A model generated the notes under the pieces. It was not told the DNA's origin and did not search any database. It was given only the letters and a program-made list of their open reading frames with translations. DNA of 64,000 bases from Marsupella aquatica (Eukaryota > Plantae > Marchantiophyta): assembly GCA_973895155.1 (NCBI GenBank), contig OZ316898.1, positions 7,055,079-7,119,078 of the forward strand. The letters are read 5' to 3'. Numbering within the stretch: the stretch's first letter is position 1; the number at the start of each line of letters is the position of its first letter. Shown one piece after another: positions 25,980-37,038 of this stretch. A program made the translations under genes and the position numbers.

Positions 25980-28900
25980 TTAGGGTTAGGGCGCGTTAAG
26001 CGTCGGCGGCTAGGAAGGATCAACGGGAGGAAGGACCAGAAGAGGAGAGGGGTAAGGAGCGCTTGCAGGAGATGGTGGCTCATTTTCGAGGACGAACTAG
26101 GCAGACGACTACGGGAGGCCAACTACTGTCAGCTGCTTAGGCAAGCACTCGGGGAGAGAGTAGATACCGACGATCGACCTAAGGAGGGTATGAGCAACGT
26201 CAATCAAGCGGCACATTTCTGGGGATGCCTGTTCGAACGGGCAACTAAGTACATCAAGACTTACGAGGACGAGGAATCAGAAAGGGCAGCTCGAGAACGG
26301 CAGGAGCTCGCTTGATTGTGGGAGCTGCAGAAGACGGCTTTCTTAGGAGGCGAACTCATCAAGGACAAGTTCTTGTGGACTCCTACTTCCAATCAGCTCG
26401 ACGATCTTCTATTTTGCAAAGACAGCGTCATCGGCATCCGAGAGGCCATCAAGAACTGCAACGACATACACTGGGAATTAAAGGGTAGCACGGAAAGGTG
26501 GACCCAGGCAACAGTGCTAGGAGAAACCTCCACGGCAGCAGAGATGAAGAGGAAGGGAGCCGTCAACGATGAAGCCACCCCGACAAAAAGAACGTGGTCG
26601 GCGGCACCAAAGAAGCCAGCCGAGCAACAGAGCAGGAGGCAGGGAGAAGCCGAAGAGGAGGAGGTCGATCCCATCAAGGCCATTCCAACCAGGGATGACA
26701 CCTGGAAGGGTTGGGCGGCAACCCTACCGGTGGAGGTGCAACTACATTTTGCACGGGAGGAGGATGCATGTTTTACGGCCATGCAGACCAAGAAGTACCA
26801 AGGCTTCATGGCCGGATCCGGCTTAGAGGCCTTTGTAAGATTACCATGGCTGAAGCCGGAGGTACCGGAGTCAGACCTATTAGAATTCGTGGGGTCATGG
26901 GAACCCGAGACCAATTGCACGAGGATATATGGGAAGGATTTCTATCTTACTCCCAAAGTGATTACCGAAGTGTTTGGCTTGCCGATAGGCAATAAGACCA
27001 AAGTTGATACCAGGAAGACCTTGCCTGACAAGGAGTTCCGGTCGTTCCCCGGGCCATCAACGAAGAATGGCTTCTTCCGGAACACCTGCACCAACCCGCA
27101 CATAGGAGAGATGATCGACTTTTTGCGGGTGACCATGCATTGTAACTTGCCGAGGGCACAGATCGGCAAGGCATAGGTCTATCTGGCAGAGAGGCCAGAC
27201 CCAAGCCGGGACTACAACGGGTACCTCCTCAACCAATTGAAGAAGATCTTAAAGGAGGAGCAGTAGGTAATCGGCATGGGGAGCGTGTCGCGGCTTGGCT
27301 ATCACATGCCGTTGTTGTGCCGGTATGCCAGAGGTCAGACTTTTGCCCCAGTACTTCCCCTGCAGGTAAGGGCACCCGAGGAAGCTCCAGAACCGAGGCC
27401 GGTAGCAGAGAAGCCTCAACCACCTGTTAGCCCTACGATCGAGCAGGTGTTTAGGCCAAGGACGGAGGACTTGCCGATGCAGCAACCAGGCATGCAGAGT
27501 CTGCTGAAACTACTAGAGAAAGAAAAGAGATCGGCATCGGCAACGACAACGGCAATGGCAACAATGCAGGACACTACTGCAGAGGTAGGCCTACACCAGC
27601 TCACAAGAGAAAACCCCTTTGCTGGAGACAAGGAGAGAATCAGGCCGGAATCCAAGCCAGGTGTTCGAATGTATGTGGGAGTCTCAAGCTCTGAATCTGA
27701 GGCTGAATTGCCTGAAGCTCCTACCGACGAAGAGGAGAGGGAGAAGCCGGACGTCCAAGAAGTAGAGGAGGCAGTGGAGGACTTCAGCCATGATAACTCC
27801 GGCTATGGGTCGGACCATCACGTTCCAGGAGTAAGGACCTGTGGCCGGTTTGTCCCCACACTTCCAAGGGTAGTACGAGGGGACCCCAACCAGCAGAGTA
27901 GCCCTGAGTCTCCCCCACCAGATGTTGCTCCCCCGAGCTTTGACGGCATAAAACAGACGGCGCAGGAATTTCAGGAGCGAATCAGGCAGGAAGAGGAGGC
28001 AGTCCTGGCTAGAGAAAAGGATTTTCCAGGAGGAGATTGGCCGGAGGACATCAGGCGGCTAGCCGAAAAAGAAAGCAAACCTCTAGCCACGATTGAAGAG
28101 ATCCGCAAGACGGCTTGGGAGCAGAGGCCGCGATGGGCGATGCCGATCACTTCTACTTACTCCACCTACGCTAAGAATAGAGCCATGGAGTATGGTGAGA
28201 TGTGTGGGGAACTTGCACTCGGCATCTTTGGAGAGGAGTTGGAGGTAGGACCCTTTTTCCATAGGGAGCAATTGGAGAAGCACCAATTAGAAGAAGCGGT
28301 GGCTTTAGAGAGAAGCAAGAAGGACGAGGTCTTTGGCGGCTTAGGAGGATGGAAGCCGAGATTGAAGATCTAAGGGCGGCCAAGAAAGCCCAAGATGAAC
28401 TGCGGATTAAACGGCATGAGCTGAACATCATGCAGGGGCAGTTGGACACCGCGCAGGCTGATAATCAGAATATCAAGGATAAACTGACTCAGACGCAGGG
28501 AGAGTTGGCCGATACGATCAAAGAGAGGGAGAAGTGGAAGCGAGAGCTGAGGAATGCAGAGGAGGCCCACATAACCGCCAACAGCCGGGTCATGGCAGAA
28601 ACCCAAAGAAAGGAATGGGCGTTGAAGGGGGAGCTCGAGAAAATCTGCGGAGCCCTTGAGCAGAAGGAGGCCGAGTTAGGAAAATCCTATCAAGGGATTA
28701 TGGCGCTGCAGCAGGAGCTTGCGTCCCTGACGGCCAGCTTCAAGGCCGACCTAAGGGAGAAGGACGAGATGCTCGATCAGACTTACGCCAAGATGAATCA
28801 AATGGAGTCTGTCATCATTGCAGAGCTCGACAAGGAGCTAAGAGCAACCCGGGAGGAGAGGACTACCTTGAAAAAAGAACGGGAGGAAGCCCAGAAGGAA

Positions 28901-29569
28901 CTAGAGGAGGCGCGCAAGGACCTAGATGAGACCCAGGAGGAGTTGGAGGAGATCACGAGGAAGATGGAGAACCTCCAGCGGCGGGCCGACAACCAAACAG
29001 AGCGGCTGAAGAAACAAGCCGCGGTATTTAAGTGCTTGTCTTCATCAGGCCCAACTCCAATTGGGGCAACCAAGTTACCAGGAGTGGTACTGGCCGAAGA
29101 AAAAGCCGCGCCACCTGCACCAGTGCCGGAAGAAAGTGGGAAGGGGAAGGGACCAGTTGCCGAACCAGAAAAGAAGAAGAAGCAGAAACCTTCAGGGTCA
29201 AGGAGTAATCCAACTCCACAGGCCGTGGTGACCAAGGAGGTAGACCCAGCACCATCCTCCGGCATGAATACGACAATAGATCCCGCTATCACCAAGGGTG
29301 GGGAAGGTGCGGCCCAAGCCGAACTACTCAATCATGAGGCCGATATCCCAGATCCGCCTCTTGAGCAAGCCGGGGAAACCGTAGCCGAGGCTGAGGCCGT
29401 AGCCGTAAATGATTCCTGAGCCGATGCCGACGCCGACGGTGGACCCAGTCAGGCCGATGGAGAGTTGACTCAGTCAAGGGCAGGTAATCTGTCAGAGAAC
29501 GAACCTACGGCAGTGGCTGAGGAGGAAGCGTTGGGGGCGTCCATTAAGGATCCACCACCGGTGTCGTGA
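25980..29569 (+). pseudogene. Decayed antisense extra ORF inside the copia (about 1,190 codons): plant-mobile-domain-like region, acidic/Pro-rich linker, long coiled coil
   Basis: One frame runs from about 25980 to 28373, broken only by TGA 26313, TAG 27174 and TAG 27264. After one frameshift near 28340 it continues 28349-29569 with one TGA at 29417. It contains the motif LLEFVGSW...TRIYGKDFYLTPKVITEVFGLPIG and an E/K/L/Q heptad region at about 28350-29010. Confidence 0.75.
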
Positions 29570-30922
29570 TGGTGTAAGGGCGCCGTTCCTTTTAGGAAGG
29601 GCGGACGTGGAGGGAGGAGGCGTGAGTGGGCAGGGCGGGCGCTGATCTCCAATTTTAGGATTAGGATCAGGACCAGGAGCGGCCCTAACACTTAGCTTAG
29701 TGGGATTGCGGTTCCACTGGTAGGAGCAACACTTGTGCTCCTGCCTTGCTGTACATAGGTAGATCCGGGCAAGTAGATTACTGTTAGGTAGATTAGGCTT
29801 ACGCTACAAAGAATTAGGCGGATCCACTACCAGGATAAGTACCTGGGCAGCGGGGAGCTCAGGGCCTCTTCTTTAGCAAGTTTTTAGTTTGCACCAGCCG
29901 GGCTGGGATCAAGTAGTAAGAGAAGCTCTTGGTTAGTCATACAGTGACCCTTGTGTATATTCATGTTTCCTCATGCCTAAGAGCTGAATAGAGTTGGCCT
30001 CACGGCTTAGTTCGCAGAGCTTGTGTATGAGATGTACTGTTTGTATGGCAAGTGCATGGTATGACTCAGTCAGAATGAGTCATTTTGCTATTTGTGTGTC
30101 GCATTAACTTGTGTGAAGAGTGCCCACATCAACCAGAAGGAAGGAAAGTAAGCAGGGGAGTGAGAGTTGGATGTGTCGAGCTGAGAGAGGTCTTAGCGGC
30201 TTAACCAAGCCTATTGGGGATCATTCCGGCGGCGGAATCCAAACATACCTAACAAGACGGAGGGGAAGACGAGGGAAGGCCTAGATTAGGCCGGCTACGT
30301 ATCTCATGACCCGATGAAGGATCTGTCCAGTATATGTGTGTAAAATGTTAATAATAGTAGTAGAAGGTTAGCAGCGTCCCATGCCGCTAAGCCGCGGAAA
30401 CGGCCTCGCCAAGCGCGAAACCTGCGGGAATCGGCTTGAGCTGGGGGGTTTCTTGGGTTTAGGGAGCCATGGGACGCACCACACTCCATAGTCGGTCAAA
30501 AAATCAGAACGCTTCTTTTGCTCGTTGTGACGTACTCTTTACACACTCGGCAACAAACCAGTTACTGAAATGATCAGCTCGTCCCGATCTACAAATGGAG
30601 CTATAACATGCGACGCTTCCTTCGCCGTAGAGCTCACACTGTCGAGAAAACAAACTCTGGTCCCTCCTCCGAAAAACTGTCGAACACGAATGTTGCCGAC
30701 TTTCTTCACAAAATCCAAAATGACAAAAACTTAGATCTCTCCGCACCACGAGCTCCGTTCAACGATTTCTTCACACCGTTAGAAAGCCCTTGCCCTAATC
30801 TATCCGTTGAGCCCATAAACTCCAAGTTCCATGCGACGGAACTCCGGGAAATCCACCGACACTCAACGCTGGAAAAAACCGTCACAAAATCCCATCACGA
30901 ACACACGTCACCTCCCAGGCAT

Positions 30923-30934
30923 GCTCTGATACCA
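30923..30934 (-). promoter_or_regulatory. Primer-binding site, tRNA-iMet
   Basis: Minus strand TGGTATCAGAGC lies 2 nt downstream of the 5' LTR. Confidence 0.95.
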
Positions 30935-30936
30935 AT

Positions 30937-31339
30937 TGTTGAGTATAGACGATAATCGCAACGGTAAGCACATGACATATCCAACATGCAAGTAGTCGAC
31001 ACAAGAGATACGTGGTTCACCTCCTTGAGGCTACGTCCACGGGAACATACAATAGAGCTTTACTGAACTCTAAGCCCGTTGGCTATACCGAGTCTCCACA
31101 GTGTAAGCTCTCCCTATCTCTCAAGTGGCTCCATAACAATGAGCCCTGGTTCTACCTCTCCAAGTACACGTGCCTCTTATGATATAGTGTGCAACTTAGT
31201 TAACCTAACCACATTGTTGTACCTAATCACGTAGTTGTACCTAACCACGTAGTTATACCAAACCATATTGTTGTACCAACCCACGTTGTTGTACCAACCA
31301 CGTCATACCTAACCTAGACATAAGAGTAAATACCCAACA
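30937..31339 (-). repeat. 5' LTR (403 bp) with five 18-bp U3 repeats
   Basis: TGTTGAG...TACCCAACA on +, adjacent to the PBS, with TSD ATATC on the outer side. Confidence 0.97.
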
Positions 31340-31344
31340 ATATC

Positions 31345-33521
31345 TAACTACTATGAGTGTCAATCCATTATCTCTTACCTTGATAGCTGGATTACAATGC
31401 ATCAATGCTTTGGAAGAGAAAGTACAATATGAGTCACATTTATTGTTACTCGGTGATACAAGTATGTTCATTCTATACAACTGAACTCTCTTAAAAACTG
31501 CAAAAACCAATCATTATAACAATAGTCTAACAACAACATATAGTTGAGTGAGAATCTGATAGCACAATCATGTGTTATTAATGTGACTTTAATTCAAAAT
31601 AACTGTAAAGCAATCATAAAATTTTTATAAACCGAGACATCATGCTAAGACTAAACATCAAACCTACTTTTGTTTTGTGACATTAGCTAAATTTTTGAAA
31701 AGCTAAGAATGTCAAAATGTTTCCATCATGTTCACTAGACACACACACCTGAGACAGAGCAAGAAAACCTGAGCTTTGATTAGTAGGATAACGTGACATA
31801 GTATAACCGTCCAGAATGTGAGGGAGTAGGGGCTGGACCCCACACATCACTATGTACATACTGAAGTATCTCCTTGTTGGTGTGAGTTCCAACTCTGAAA
31901 GGTTTCCTGTGCTGCTTCCCAAGCACACAATGCTCACAGAATTCTAACTTACAAGATTGCAAATTAGAAAGTAATCCCTTTTTCTGAAGAATAACCACAT
32001 CTTTTTCACTCATGTGGCCCAAACGGAAGTGCCATAGCTAGGCCGTCTCCTCATGAGATAAGGTTACATTGGCTTCATCATAGACTACACTGCCCTCCAA
32101 AACGTATAGATTATATCTCTTTCCCTTCAATATAACTTTAGTACCAATTGAAACCTGAAGGACACCATTAGCAGAACTCCACCGATGGCCATTTGCTTCT
32201 AAAACTCCAAGTGAAATGAGATTTTTATCATGCTGGGAATATGTCTCACATTCCTCAACGTTCTCACAACACCATCAAACATCTGAAATCTAACAGATCC
32301 AAGTCCAACTACTTGACATGGGATTCCATTTCCCATCAACATTGAACCATTGGAATCCGTGTAAGAACTGAAAAAATCTCTCATAGAGCAAATGTGAAAA
32401 GTACATGCACTACCTAGAATCCAGTCATCATTACCTGGATTTGATTACGTTGAGAGCATAACCTTGGCATCACAATATGTCATCATCATCAAATAAATCT
32501 ACCTCATGTGCGCTCGATATCGCGTTAGCTGATGCAGTAGGATCCTTTACTCGACAATCCCTTTTCATGTGGCCAGGCTTGCCACATCTCCAACATGCAA
32601 GAGGCTTCCTCTCTTGCGATTTCCCTCTAGATTGAGATCTCCCCGTGATGTAGATCTAAATCTGTTTTTGCCCATTCATGTGCTGCGTTGGTCTTCCACG
32701 GTTCACGTTCAGCGCAGTGCCAGAAGAAGATGTTGTCTGTGCTTGACCCAGCTTCTTCTGAGCATCATCAGACAGTAAAGAGCTCACCACTCATCATACA
32801 AAATGGACTTCAGATCTCTATACAAGAGCACCTGTTTCAAGCCCTGATAAGATGGCGGTAAGGAGCTTAGCAGAAGCAAGGCCTTATGCTCATCTTCAAC
32901 TCCCTTACCTAAGTTTTACAGATCCATCGCTAGACTGTCAAACTCATCCAGGTGATCCTGCAGCTTGCTCCCTTCCTTGAGCTTGAGGCTCATCAAGAGA
33001 TACTTCTTGTACAGCCGGTCTGACGTATCTTCCTGGTAGTACTTCTCTCTAAGGGCCTTGAAAAGTGATGCGCAATCCGTATAATCATCCAACTTCTTGA
33101 TGATGTGCAGCTTGAGATAAAGCATCACTGCATTGACAGCAATCACCTACTCCTGTCTCCACTGCTTCTCTGAGATCTCCTCTTCTCCATCGTACTGCTA
33201 TCGCGAAGAGAGCAGATGACCTAAGCCCATGGCTTGAAGAACACCCTTCACTTGCTTCTCCCACAACAAGTAATCAGTATGATCATCGTACTTCTCCACC
33301 TCAAACTTCACTCCTCCAAATCTCGCCATCTCCCTCTTCTTCCCCACTACCGACAGCTTTGGTAGTAGTACAGCTTCCACTACACGCCGCACCGGTGATC
33401 GTACCGGTGATATTTGTTCCTCCTCAAACGGTAGCAGCTCCTCCTCAGACTCTCTGTCTGACCGTCACGATCCTGAAGCTCCACCGACGACAATTCTTTG
33501 AGTATTCTCCGAGTCACTCAT
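31345..33521 (-). pseudogene. Disrupted copia gag-PR-partial integrase
   Basis: Motifs KFEVEKYD..TDYLLWEKQVKGVL, CWRCGKPGHMKRDC, WILGSACTFHIC and GHMSEK...CEHCVLGKQ...VHSDVWGP. Many stops and frameshifts; very degenerate left of about 31790. Confidence 0.88.
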
Positions 33522-33694
33522 ATGAAACAATCATGAAAAAATATCTTTTTTCAAAACTTCTCATAAAACTCAAAACTCAACACCGCCGCGTAGCCCACAA
33601 AGCTAGGAGTCCAATACTGAAAGCCAAAATCAAAATCAAAATTCGACGGAAAAGTTATTCAAATTTTGGTCGGGGTGGGTAAAACCTTGGGAAA

Positions 33695-34027
33695 TATTAA
33701 GGATTGCTCTTAGTCTTGTGACTCAAAGGTTACGGTACTTAGGCTAACCACAGTTAGGGTCTTAGCTGAGGTTAGGTTAGTCGTGTGTGACCTTGTATAT
33801 ACCAAGGCTAGTGTAAGCCGCTGGTGTTGTGGTGCTTACTCATTGTAACGGAGCAACTTGAGGAAGAGGAAGAGCACGTGTGTTCGTCTACTCTTGAAGT
33901 AAAACTTAAGTGTTCATGTGGACGTAGCTTTAGAGAAGAGGTGAACCATGTAGAGATTGTGTCGACTACGTGTGCATGGAATGAGTCATGGTTGTATGGT
34001 GGTTGCGAAAGACGTCATAGTTCAACA
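33695..34027 (+). mobile_element. Solo LTR of the same family, inserted in inverted orientation into the leader of copy 2
   Basis: TATTAAGGATTGCTCTTAGTCTTGTGACTCA...GTTCAACA matches the reverse complement of the 35448-35782 LTR. TSD GGAAA at 33690-94 and 34028-32. Confidence 0.9.
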
Positions 34028-35447
34028 GGAAACTCCCCCATTTTTACCACCTTAGAGAATAACCGACATACCAAGTACAACCCGTTGTCGGAATTGCAAT
34101 TTGATCAGTGCGCCGCGTTGCTAACTTCAGTGGCTACGACCTCATCAAAAAAGAACCAAAAAAGTTACCGTTCGGCGTGCAGAATCTTTGTTGGACGACC
34201 AAAAAACAACTCTATATTTTTTGGAAATATTCTCGCACAGTTTGACAAGTCTCATAGGGGGCCGTTCCCCCTATCGGAGCGATTAAAAAGGAGGGCGGCA
34301 GGTCCCGGCACACGAGGAAACATCAAAGAGAAGGAAAATAGGGAAGAAAGGGGGCTAAAGGGGGTCCTTAAGCCCCTTAATTCACAAAATACCCCGTATG
34401 GGGTCGGGGGTACGCCCAGGGTGCACACGGGCGGCTACATATGCAGCCGAGTATGCCTAACTATGGCCGCGAAGGGAATGAAAATGGTCGGAGGTGGGCA
34501 GGGCGAGGCGACCGACAGGGAGCCAGGTCGCGAGCGGGGGTCGACCGGAGGGCGAGCGCGGGGGCATGGGCGTAAATGGCCGGAGGGAGGGATGGCGCGC
34601 CGGCTGCCAGAAGCCAGTGGAGGAGCGCGCGAGAGGCGCCAGCCGGCGCTGTGCAACTCATCATTGCGCCTGGAAAAATGGGGTGCGGTATACACCTCGT
34701 GTGTAAATAAAGGCCCTTAAACCCCCTTGAAAGGCCAAAAAACTCCCCTGGGAAAGAGTGAATGAATAACTCACCTAATTGCCGTCGTTTCTCACGAGTA
34801 AAGTGAACGTTGCCGACGGGAAATGTTGCCGAATTGCACCGGCATAGTCTGCAGCTTCAGCTGAGTAAACAATTTCCGCGGCGTCGCCTTCACTCCGTGT
34901 CAAGTGCCAATCCCGAGCTCAAAACAACCGCCTCGCCGCGATCAAATCGTTGAGCCGTAGCACTTCGTGTTTCTTCCACCGAGTCGGACGTCACGAAGAG
35001 AAACCTGGTTCAGATGGGAACAAGCTCCATAGCTTGTGAAAAAACCTGAACTCCCCCTTCTCTCGTCACGACGCACTCGGTAACAACTTGGCAGCAACTT
35101 TGCTACCGAAACGACCAGCTCGCTTCAACCTTCAACTTGAGCTACAACATGCGACACCTCCCACACCGCACAGCTCACACCGTTGAATAACGCAAACTCT
35201 GGTCTCTCCCCTGAAAACCCATCGAACACGAATAAAACCTGAACGACGCAAACTTTGATTTCTCCGCACCACGGATACCGATTAGCGAGTTCTAACCATC
35301 GTTAGAAAGCCCTCTCACTAACCTATCCGCTCAGCCACACACATTCGAGTTTCATGCGACGAAACTCCGAATGTACCATCGACAATGAACGTTGGAAACC
35401 CGTCACGGAAAAACCTCGTCACCTCCCAGGCATGCTCTGATACCACT

Positions 35448-35782
35448 TGTTGAGCATAGACGGCATTCGTAACGGCAAGCCCATGAACCATCCAACGCAC
35501 AAGAGTCGACACAGAGAGATACGTGGTTCACCTCCACATGAGGCTACGTCCACGGGAACACACAAGAGCTTTACTGCACTCTAGGCCGACCGGCATCCAC
35601 AACACAAGCTCTCCCTATCTCTCAACTAGCTCCCTAACAATGAGCCTTAGTCCCACCAGGGGCTGGCACCAGCCCTGGCAATATACACAACAACACTACC
35701 GCTAACCTTAGCTAAGTCCTAACCCAAGTTAGTCTAACTGTGGTTAGCTCATGAGTCACAAGACTAAGAGCAATACCTAACA
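35448..35782 (-). repeat. 5' LTR of copia copy 2 (335 bp)
   Basis: TGTTGAGCATAGAC...TACCTAACA, next to a tRNA-iMet PBS (GCTCTGATACCA on +). Confidence 0.92.
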
Positions 35783-37038
35783 TGACAGACATTGATGAAT
35801 TAAACTTTTCCTATGTAAAATTGAACTGAATGTTATATAAAAATTCAATTCAAGCTTTATGCGCTGTAACTCATCCCCACTTGGGGATAATGGCTATAAC
35901 CCCCTCAAGCTCTACACCCCAGGGATTAGAGTACATTATTTCCTTGTGGGGATGGCTTAATCCCTACACTTAAAACACCAATGTCCACCAAGGTCGGGGA
36001 GGACAAAACATAGCACTTTTGTACTCCTTTGAGCCCATTTTTGAGCACATTTTTGGCTTATTTTAGTAACCTGGATCACGAGGTTTTGCTTCGGGGAGAC
36101 TGGCGCTTTAAACTCAGGGCTAAATTAGAAGAGAGGAAACTTCAGAGAAGGGGTTCAGAGAACCCACCGAGGCCTTCGTCGCAGTCGTGCAAACTCGAAT
36201 TTACCCGCGCTTTCATTCGACCAATCCTGTGAGATCCATCGCTCGCGCTTGATGAGGTTCACGAGGTGTGTAACTGACTCTTCCCGGTCCTCAAAAAAGG
36301 AAGGTAGGCGGTGCGGTGAGCTTCAAGCGATCGTTCCATGTTACGGTGAGTTTGTAGGGCAATTTGCGTTCCTCATCGCGACGGTGCGTTGCATTTCCCC
36401 GCGCTTCAGCTTAGTTCAGTTCAATTGAATTCGCTTCCATTCCGTTCCTTTCCGTGGATGCCAAGAAAAAGCTCAGCCAAAATCGGTAAGTCCGTCCGTC
36501 TGTGGAGGTGGATGAATTTGGTTTACTGGCGGGAGGAGACGGGGAGGCGAAGCGAAACAAATAGCTCGAAAGACTTAATAACGGTGGGAGGAGAGCAGAG
36601 TCCTAGGAGGAGGGAAGGGATAGTGATTTATTATTAAGCACGGAGCCAGCCGCGGGGAATCGAGGAACAGCAGATTTAGAAAAGAGTTTCGATTTCTGAG
36701 GGAATTTATTAGGGCGGAAGCAGAGGCATGGAAGAAACAACGGCATCCCATAGTGGTGGTCTGCATTGTTCGGATTCGTGGGTTCCGAGTAGGCGTGGAG
36801 GCGCGCGCTCTATTCCTTCCTGTCCGTGAAGCAACTTCAATTGTCGGAGCTTGGTTGTGGTGTCGTTGAAGGTGTCCAATGATGAAAATTGCATATTGAC
36901 AGACTTTGGACTACTGAACGGTGGCGAGGATGCTCGCGACATAATTAGGTCAAAATCTGTTTTTCCTTGTCCTCTTACGACTGGGGAGACCGATTGCTGG
37001 GAACCAGAGCAGGAATTGTGAAGGTGTTGTTGCCAGCC

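Larger units (their letters stand above)
20627..31339 (-). mobile_element. Full-length Ty1/copia LTR retrotransposon, 10.7 kb, carrying an extra antisense ORF
   Basis: Paired TG...CA LTRs (20627-21065, 30937-31339). 5-bp TSD ATATC (20622-26, 31340-44). tRNA-iMet PBS and PPT present. Domain order gag-PR-INT-RT-RH on the minus strand. Confidence 0.97.
31345..35782 (-). mobile_element. Second, diverged copia copy (5' LTR, PBS, leader, gag, PR, partial integrase); no 3' LTR found
   Basis: 5' LTR 35448-35782 and PBS 35434-35445. About 400 bp of post-PBS leader is homologous to 30500-30934. gag ATG at 33521 lies in a context homologous to 25501. Confidence 0.88.

Noticed and set aside
26393-29331. 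Minus-strand ORFs overlapping the cargo cassette (175 aa, 177 aa and others)
   Set aside because: They are shadow frames of the plus-strand ORF, with Ser/Phe-rich complements of Glu/Lys codons.
33824-34720. 298-aa plus-strand ORF
   Set aside because: It starts inside a solo LTR and runs through its TSD into GC-rich leader sequence, so it is a chance open frame.
36967-37038. N-terminal extension of RPA1 in the ORF track
   Set aside because: It uses a TTG start; RPA1 homology begins at the ATG at 37039.
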